Origin: an uncultured virus (IMG/VR IMGVR_UViG_3300020183_000049)
Lineage: Duplodnaviria; Heunggongvirae; Uroviricota; Caudoviricetes
Virus record (IMG/VR): IMGVR_UViG_3300020183_000049
Strand: one strand, 5' to 3'
Length of the DNA stretch: 64,000 bases
Part shown: piece by piece, positions 58,053 to 64,000 of the stretch
How the letters are laid out: the number at the start of each line of letters is the position of its first letter
How positions within the stretch are numbered: position 1 is the stretch's first letter
Position numbers and translations under genes: made by a program
The notes under the pieces: generated by a model
Seen by the model: only the letters and a program-made list of their open reading frames with translations
What the model was told of the DNA's origin: nothing
Database searches by the model: none

Positions 58053-58973
58053 CTAGAAGGTATCAAATTGAGGCCACACTCTTTTTATAAGATCCTCAGG
58101 TTTGAAAATCGGAGTCATCATTCCATCCCGAAAATTTGGGTTTCTACCCAAATCAACAAATTGTATTCCTTTATTTGGATCATATAAAAAATTTTCTGCA
58201 TTTGGATCTACAAATACATTATTTTTGTATAATTCTTCGAGATCTTTTTTGAAATTTTCTCTATGTATTTTAGGTATATGTAATCGATCGTAACCAGATA
58301 TACTAATCAGAGGTCTACCTGTTGCTTTTTGCTGTACTTGATAAACTATTTCTTTTCCTTGGGAATCTATGAAAGATTTAACTTCAATTGTTTTCATCAC
58401 CCTAGGTGATTGTATTTTATCTTTCCATTTCAAATTTTGTATTGCAGGATCATCCCATCCCATTTTAGATATTTTTGCGACATATCCATTTCCAAGATCA
58501 AATACACCTTCATTATACTGACCACCTTGACTTATGTTTGAACCTCTTCTCATTGCTTCATATCTACTTTTTATTATATTTTCTTGAGGTGTATTTGCAA
58601 CAACATTTTTGTTTTTTTCAACTTGTATTTGTTGTCGTCTTTTTAATATACCTTCTTTTACTTTTTCAGTATTATATTTATTCTTTAGTTTATTAAACTC
58701 AGCCATATATTGGTCATAAGTTATTTCCCCACGAAGATATCTATTTCTAGCTATTTCTGTTTCAGAGTTAAATAACTTTAAAATATTTTTTAATTGTTTA
58801 ATTTCTTGTCCCAGCTTTGCTGTTTTAGAAATTTGTTTACCTCCTTGACCCCTAACCAAATTAAGTACTGGTCTGACAAGATTTTGTCCTATTATTTTAC
58901 CCGGTTGTTCATTAATAAGGTTTCTTACAATTCTTACCAAGTCAGATTCAGTTAACCTTATAATCTTTGCCAT
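58053..58973 (-). CDS. atypical protein-kinase-like protein with leader (copy 1)
   Basis: GVFDLGNGYVAK, VDPNAENF and FVDLG. Confidence 0.75.
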   Translation of the reverse strand: MAKIIRLTESDLVRIVRNLINEQPGKIIGQNLVRPVLNLVRGQGGKQISKTAKLGQEIKQLKNILKLFNSETEIARNRYLRGEITYDQYMAEFNKLKNKYNTEKVKEGILKRRQQIQVEKNKNVVANTPQENIIKSRYEAMRRGSNISQGGQYNEGVFDLGNGYVAKISKMGWDDPAIQNLKWKDKIQSPRVMKTIEVKSFIDSQGKEIVYQVQQKATGRPLISISGYDRLHIPKIHRENFKKDLEELYKNNVFVDPNAENFLYDPNKGIQFVDLGRNPNFRDGMMTPIFKPEDLIKRVWPQFDTF

Positions 58974-59046
58974 AATATCCTATAGTAGTAAATATCAATT
59001 TTTCCCAAAAATTTTTTCCAGAAAAATTTCTGTTATAATCGTAAGA

Positions 59047-59592
59047 CTATAATTCTTTAATTCTTGAAACACCATTGGATTTCCATATACAACCAGATGA
59101 CACATCCCATAGATATAACCACCAATATCTTTTAACATCTTCCCGACCATTTTCAAATGGGTCACCCCATGACCTCATTCCCAACTCATTATACGTGGGA
59201 ATTTCAATACCAGAATAATCCTGAGATACTTTAACCCAATCAATATTGTACTGATTATTAATAGGAACCTCACTAAGATATCTATCAACAAAATTATCTA
59301 CATCATTTTTAGTTCTTAATACAATTATATTCTCCATGTTTGGATATATCTTATATCCATATTTCTTTTTTTTAAAACTTAAATTTGAATCGTCATCAAA
59401 CCCATGTTTTGAAAAATATATCCACTCATCACCAAACCCATACCATAAACCATTAGGTTTCCCAAATACAGATTTTCCTTGCTCAATATCTTTTATTGAT
59501 TCTATCTTATTTGTAGAAATATGTACCCTTTCATCTCTACCTAAAATTAATTTCTCCTTTATAATAAACTTTGTAATTTCTAATAATTTCAT
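59047..59592 (-). CDS. conserved phage protein with leader, possibly ART-like fold
   Basis: KPNGLWY...IDWVKVSQDYSGIEI...WDVSSGCIW. Confidence 0.6.
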   Translation of the reverse strand: MKLLEITKFIIKEKLILGRDERVHISTNKIESIKDIEQGKSVFGKPNGLWYGFGDEWIYFSKHGFDDDSNLSFKKKKYGYKIYPNMENIIVLRTKNDVDNFVDRYLSEVPINNQYNIDWVKVSQDYSGIEIPTYNELGMRSWGDPFENGREDVKRYWWLYLWDVSSGCIWKSNGVSRIKEL

Positions 59593-59606
59593 ATCATTAT
59601 AAATAT

Positions 59607-59866
59607 TCCCAAAAAATTTTCCAAAAATTTTTTTTCAGAAAATTTTGCTCGCGGGATTAACCCCCCTTTTTTGTGTTATAACACCCCCTATGGAAGGGGA
59701 TACGGGGGGAGGCCCCCCCATAACACAGGGTAGACCCCCCTACAGTAGGGGGGGGCATTGTTATAACATAACCCCCCTGTGTTATAATACAAGGCCAGCC
59801 CCCCTATAACAATCCACAATAAAGAAAGGGGAGATCAACAGTTATAACACAGATTGATTTCCCCTT
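59607..59866. other. non-coding locus with A/T tracts, G/C homopolymer hairpins and GTTATAAC palindromes
   Basis: Palindrome copies near 59673, 59759, 59778 (imperfect) and 59841. Confidence 0.75.
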
Positions 59867-59893
59867 AGCTCCACTCCTTGTCGGGTGAGATCT

Positions 59894-60232
59894 TCAATAG
59901 TCCTGGTCTTCTTCGTCTTCTTCTTGTGATGGGGGACGAAGGTTTGATGGAGGATGAGTATCTTCGTGAATTATTTCAAGTACTCTGTTCCAGGCACCGA
60001 CCAGAAAATCTTTATCCTTTTGGGTTAGGTTGCTTCTACTAGTTGCATCCCTTTCAGTTTTAACATAATCAATATCATCCAACAGTGATCTACACACTTG
60101 CATAATATGATCGGTTGTTGCCTTCATAGATACTCGATCCATATCCCCTTCATAGTCGGAGGTCTCTTGATTTTCAAGTATTCTATGAATGATCCTTTTA
60201 AGATCTGACTCAGTGAGTGTTACTCTTCTCAT
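59894..60232 (-). CDS. acidic LTESDL-leader protein
   Basis: MRRVTLTESDLKRIIHRILENQ. Confidence 0.75.
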   Translation of the reverse strand: MRRVTLTESDLKRIIHRILENQETSDYEGDMDRVSMKATTDHIMQVCRSLLDDIDYVKTERDATSRSNLTQKDKDFLVGAWNRVLEIIHEDTHPPSNLRPPSQEEDEEDQDY

Positions 60233-60624
60233 TGGTTCTCATCATCCATATCCCCGGTTACATCTTCATCATCCATATCCCCGGTTGTGTCTTCATGATC
60301 CACATCAATGATTTGTTCATAGTCATCGGCATAATCATACTCTTGGCTTCTTACACCAAGTTGATCAAGTTCGCCCCTCATTGTATCCAACAAATAGTCC
60401 TTTTCTTCGGAGTCAATGGAGGTATCCCCGGAAAGTTCGTGGAATAAATCGATAATGTCACTTATTGAATCATAAATGTTCTCAATACGACTATCGAGCA
60501 TTTGTTTATATTCTTCTAGACTATAATTTGGTTCCCCCTCATTTAGATTATTATCAGCAACTTGTTCCATTACGTTGACGATCATTCTTTTTAGTTCGTT
60601 TTCTGTTAGTCTTATTTTTTTCAT
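60229..60624 (-). CDS. highly acidic LTENEL-leader protein
   Basis: D/E-rich, with a duplicated TGDMDDE. Confidence 0.75.
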   Translation of the reverse strand: MKKIRLTENELKRMIVNVMEQVADNNLNEGEPNYSLEEYKQMLDSRIENIYDSISDIIDLFHELSGDTSIDSEEKDYLLDTMRGELDQLGVRSQEYDYADDYEQIIDVDHEDTTGDMDDEDVTGDMDDENQ

Positions 60625-61055
60625 GGTGTTATATTTGGTTGTGTTGGTTGAACGGGTGGTTGAATATTACCACTCTTTATGTTATTGATTGTTGTATCAA
60701 GTTCATCTTGATATTCTTCGAATTTTGTTTTTACATTAGTAATCATTCTTTCTAGTGCAGCTTTTCTTTCTTGTGTCATTGAACTATTTCTTATTCTTGT
60801 AAGTAACATATCCAGATGTCTCATCACTTCTTCATTGGGTACATCCAGTTTTTTAAGTCTATTTAAAAACCGAGAGAGTGCTGTTGAATGTTCACCATAC
60901 TTAAACCCCTCACCTCGATACATTCCCCTAATACCACTTATTAGATCTCCCACTCTAGATAGGGGGTTTCTTCCATCCTTAAAAAACGATTGTTCCTCTA
61001 TTGTTCTTTTTATGATCCCCCTTAATTGAGACTCAGTTAAATAAATCTTTCTCAT
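60621..61055 (-). CDS. LTESQL-leader helical protein
   Basis: MRKIYLTESQLRGIIKRTIEEQ. Confidence 0.75.
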   Translation of the reverse strand: MRKIYLTESQLRGIIKRTIEEQSFFKDGRNPLSRVGDLISGIRGMYRGEGFKYGEHSTALSRFLNRLKKLDVPNEEVMRHLDMLLTRIRNSSMTQERKAALERMITNVKTKFEEYQDELDTTINNIKSGNIQPPVQPTQPNITP

Positions 61056-61339
61056 ATCTTGTAAATATCCCCGTTATTGAAAATGGATAGTATCTTACGT
61101 ATAAGAATTTCTTTTTTCTCTTCCCCCAATTCAGGTGTGTCCTGGATCTCCTCGATCATGTTCCTAAATTCATTAAGTGAATTCCTTACCAAGTCTTTCA
61201 TAATTAACACATGACCAAGGTGTGCATCAATCTCCTCCATCATAATTTTGAAATATTCCTCTGGATCAAACTCATCATCATATCGTTCCTTGATGACAGT
61301 CCTCACAAGCCTTCTTAATTTTTCTTCCGTTAGTTCCAT
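61052..61339 (-). CDS. acidic leader protein
   Basis: MELTEEKLRRLVRTVIKE; ATATTTAT motif at 61344-61351. Confidence 0.7.
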   Translation of the reverse strand: MELTEEKLRRLVRTVIKERYDDEFDPEEYFKIMMEEIDAHLGHVLIMKDLVRNSLNEFRNMIEEIQDTPELGEEKKEILIRKILSIFNNGDIYKI

Positions 61340-61433
61340 AACCATAAATATAACAATGGTGTACTTTGTTATGAATACTTCCTTGAATGTAGGGGGTTAG
61401 TTTACAGTAAACACATTACTGTAAACAACATTG

Positions 61434-61506
61434 TGTTATAATAATCATGTGTTTTGTTATAATAATAGTGTGTTATGTTATAATAATAGGGGGTTTTGTT
61501 ATAACA
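61434..61506 (+). repeat. four iteron-like repeats at 21 bp period
   Basis: TGTTATAA(T/C)AAT at 61434, 61455, 61476 and 61497. Confidence 0.85.
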
Positions 61507-62271
61507 ATGCGCAAAAAAACCGAGAATGTGTCACGGACTTTGGATGGGGGATAATCCCCTCACCCCAGAACACCACAAATAACACCACATTCTTACTTCC
61601 ACTTTCCCCCACTTTATACCACAATTTTCCACCATTTTGTTTGTTTTAGAGCATATAATGTTAATTTTTTCCCCCTCACGCTATCATGAGAGAGGTTTTT
61701 TTTACCTATCACAAATCCCAGAGAAAAAAAATCATATCCCCCAAGATCGGGGTAGAGACGCTAGTCTCCTAGATGGATCACTATTGACCATTAGATGACC
61801 TGTATTTGACCCAAATTATGACCACTATATTCCCCCTTCAACGAGCAGTAACCTCCGTCATACTTAAGGCCAGAACTTCTGGTAAGAGGTGGGGAAAAGT
61901 GGGACAAACATACCTTTTAATGTCCCATTATGATCCCCCAACATTTTCTTCGAGTATGGGGGATTTATTGTGGATCCTTCTATTGTCCTTATGGACAATT
62001 AGGTGATCCAGTATTTATTCCCCCCTTCTTATGAGAACCATAAATGGTTATACATTTGGCCTGTACTTATGACCACTCAATATGGGGGGTTCTTTATATG
62101 GGGGGGAATTATGGTGAAGAGAATGAATTTATGAATGCAGGTTTTTAGTGAGCCCCACCTGAAAGGGGGGGAGAACGTTACGAAGTAAAAAACCGAAATG
62201 AGTGAATTTATTCTCTTTACAATAAAAAAAAAAGATTTAATATTTATTAAATACAAATACAAAATTTAATT

Positions 62272-62658
62272 ATGAACATTGAAAGATTCGCAATCGAACC
62301 TAAAATGGCAAATCGTTGGTTGATTAAAACAGTTGGTGTTAAGATCCAGGACTACTTATTCTCAAAATATAAATTATACAATGATGGTGATAAATTAATG
62401 TTTGAAACATCTTGTTATGAAACAGTTAGTGACCATATCATCCCGACAGATTTATTTAATCTTTATGGTATTGAATTGGAATATCTCGCTCCCACTGGTG
62501 ATATTATTGGTGGTTTTAGTTTTGAAATTAAATCTTTAACTTTTTCATCGTCAGGTGATTATGCGATCTATGATGATCTATTACGATATCATTTTATAAT
62601 TGAGATTGACAAAAAATCATTAAAACCAAAATTTACAAATAGTTCGAAACCCGAATAA
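62272..62658 (+). CDS. possible tail-tube (gp19-like) homolog
   Basis: EPKMANRWLI...IELEYLAPTGDII; ATATTTAT upstream. Confidence 0.45.
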   Translation: MNIERFAIEPKMANRWLIKTVGVKIQDYLFSKYKLYNDGDKLMFETSCYETVSDHIIPTDLFNLYGIELEYLAPTGDIIGGFSFEIKSLTFSSSGDYAIYDDLLRYHFIIEIDKKSLKPKFTNSSKPE

Positions 62659-62755
62659 TACACAAATACAACATAATCTTGGTGGGTAGGTGAAGTAAAA
62701 CTGGACAAATGTGTGAGTTATACACAATATTTTTTTATCCACGCATAGGTTTAAA

Positions 62756-63151
62756 CTAAAGTTGAAAATTATCACAAAAATCTTTAACAAATTCCGCTTC
62801 AATATCTTTATTGTCTAAATTTGGGTTTCTATTATTCCATACTTCAGTTGTTTGATATGTTATTAACTTAACTGAAAGTCGTATAATAATCTGAACCACT
62901 TTATCAAAAATTAATTCGGCTGGTAAATCTTCTTCTATTCCCCTAAAAATTCTAACAATTACTGGATGAGCTAATGTTGTTATTTCACCATTATACTTTT
63001 CTATATTATCTAATAGATATAATGCTGAAAATTCACACGCTAATGCCAAATTTCTTTTGTTTTTGGCGTTACTCAGAAACCCAATGGTTTCCCATTTTGT
63101 GATTAATTCACTTGAGTTTTGTTTTTTTAATGTTTCTAATAATTCTCCCAT
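62756..63151 (-). CDS. hypothetical protein resembling a T4-type major capsid protein N-terminus
   Basis: LITKWETIGFL...NLA...E...LAHPVIVRIF. Confidence 0.45.
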   Translation of the reverse strand: MGELLETLKKQNSSELITKWETIGFLSNAKNKRNLALACEFSALYLLDNIEKYNGEITTLAHPVIVRIFRGIEEDLPAELIFDKVVQIIIRLSVKLITYQTTEVWNNRNPNLDNKDIEAEFVKDFCDNFQL

Positions 63152-63337
63152 AATTTTTATTTTTTTTGTAAAAATACTAATTTATTTTGATAATATCAAG
63201 TCCACCACACAAAAAATACTATGTATAACAAATGATAAACAACATTAAAACGATTGTTTATCATCAGACGTTATCGGTAATGTCTTAAATTCGGATGTTT
63301 AATGTATATTTCATCCAAAATTGATTTGTCTGTACGG

Positions 63338-63592
63338 TTATCCACCAAACTTTTTTCCAAAATGACTGTAATTCTTTTCTACAGATTCTCTGTGACCAAA
63401 TTTAAGAGCCACTGATTCCGAATCAAAGATAGCATTAACTGGACATTCTCTTATACAAAAACCACAATCTATACAAATATCCGGGTTGATATACATTTGC
63501 TCTCCACCATCTTCTATACAATCAACTGGACATACTTCAATACAAGAACCATCTTTTTCACCTATACAAAGAGAAGAAATTATATGTGACAT
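63338..63592 (-). CDS. dicluster Fe-S ferredoxin (FdxA-like)
   Basis: CIGEKDGSCIEVCPVDCI...CIDCGFCIRECP. Confidence 0.92.
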   Translation of the reverse strand: MSHIISSLCIGEKDGSCIEVCPVDCIEDGGEQMYINPDICIDCGFCIRECPVNAIFDSESVALKFGHRESVEKNYSHFGKKFGG

Positions 63593-63715
63593 TTTCTATT
63601 CATCTCATCAAAACAATAATCATAATTTAAATATTTCCAAATCTTAATTACACAAATACAACTTGATCCCGGTGAGTAATACTAATGAAAGGGTTGCTAG
63701 GTTTTATGGAAAATA

Positions 63716-63742
63716 AAAAACCCCACCTTTTAGGATGGGGTT
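63716..63742 (-). terminator. intrinsic terminator
   Basis: AAAAACCCCA..TGGGGTT hairpin. Confidence 0.65.
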
Positions 63743-63797
63743 GTATTTTGTTTTACTAGAAGAGGTCATCTTCCATCATTACATATACTTGTTTCAA

Positions 63798-64000
63798 TCA
63801 ACCCTGAGGGTAACCAAAATTCCTTTGTGGCTCAATTCCTGGAACTTTCCCAATTAGTTGTCTACAATATTTATTGGAAATTTCCCTTAGTAAATTTTCA
63901 CTGTACCAAAACCTTGTATTTAAACTTCTATTCTGGCTACCAACTAACTCAAAACCAACTTGGAGAGTTTTATCACAACTACAATAAATGTCTAAATTAT
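63798..64000 (-). CDS. hypothetical protein (5' end outside window)
   Basis: Open frame NLDIYCSCDKTLQVGF...GYPQG ending in TGA. Confidence 0.5.
   Translation of the reverse strand, partial: NLDIYCSCDKTLQVGFELVGSQNRSLNTRFWYSENLLREISNKYCRQLIGKVPGIEPQRNFGYPQG

Noticed and set aside
54308..58973. Diversity-generating retroelement behind the kinase variation
   Set aside because: No reverse transcriptase in the window; differences include indels and block swaps and do not look adenine-specific.
61431..61649. ORF with CYNN repeats
   Set aside because: Better explained as translation of the 21 bp DNA repeats; TTG start and no protein-like features.
725..63248. Many short antisense ORFs in the track (e.g. 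1194-1697, 10321-10737, 52938-53369, 56135-56476)
   Set aside because: They are shadows of longer, motif-bearing genes on the opposite strand.
1..64000. Alternative genetic code (TAG or TGA recoding, as in some large phages)
   Set aside because: Standard-code ORFs tile the window densely, recognisable enzymes are full length, TAG and TGA both end genes at sensible positions, and no suppressor tRNA is seen.

Overview
An AT-rich, gene-dense 64 kb segment that reads as an accessory region of a very large (jumbo/huge) bacteriophage. The host is probably a Bacteroidota bacterium, based on many TTTG-N19/20-TAnnTTTG promoters and a protein with a T9SS type-A C-terminal sorting domain. No core replication or major structural gene is recognisable with confidence. 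Contents: an envelope/secretion operon (CsgG-like lipoprotein, cohesin/dockerin T9SS-tailed protein, holin-like ORFs); a tRNA region with five canonical tRNAs, two free-standing homing endonucleases and three tRNA-shaped RNAs lacking a normal anticodon arm; three C5 DNA methyltransferases; host-like metabolic genes (ppsA, ppk2, ferredoxin, pspC, SET domain); an ~800 nt structured non-coding RNA (GOLLD-like); and an iteron/palindrome-rich non-coding locus near 59.6 and 61.4 kb. The dominant unexplained pattern is that about 35-40 otherwise unrelated ORFs (peptidoglycan enzymes, kinases, ADP-ribosyltransferase-like proteins, HExxH proteases, PPK2) begin with a few families of short helical leaders ending in (L/I)xE, and most of these genes or their operons are preceded by an ATATTTAT motif. 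I infer a late-expressed, protease-matured, virion-packaged cargo system that is shuffled through repeated terminator-promoter-leader modules. All protein calls come from motif recognition by eye; no searches were run.
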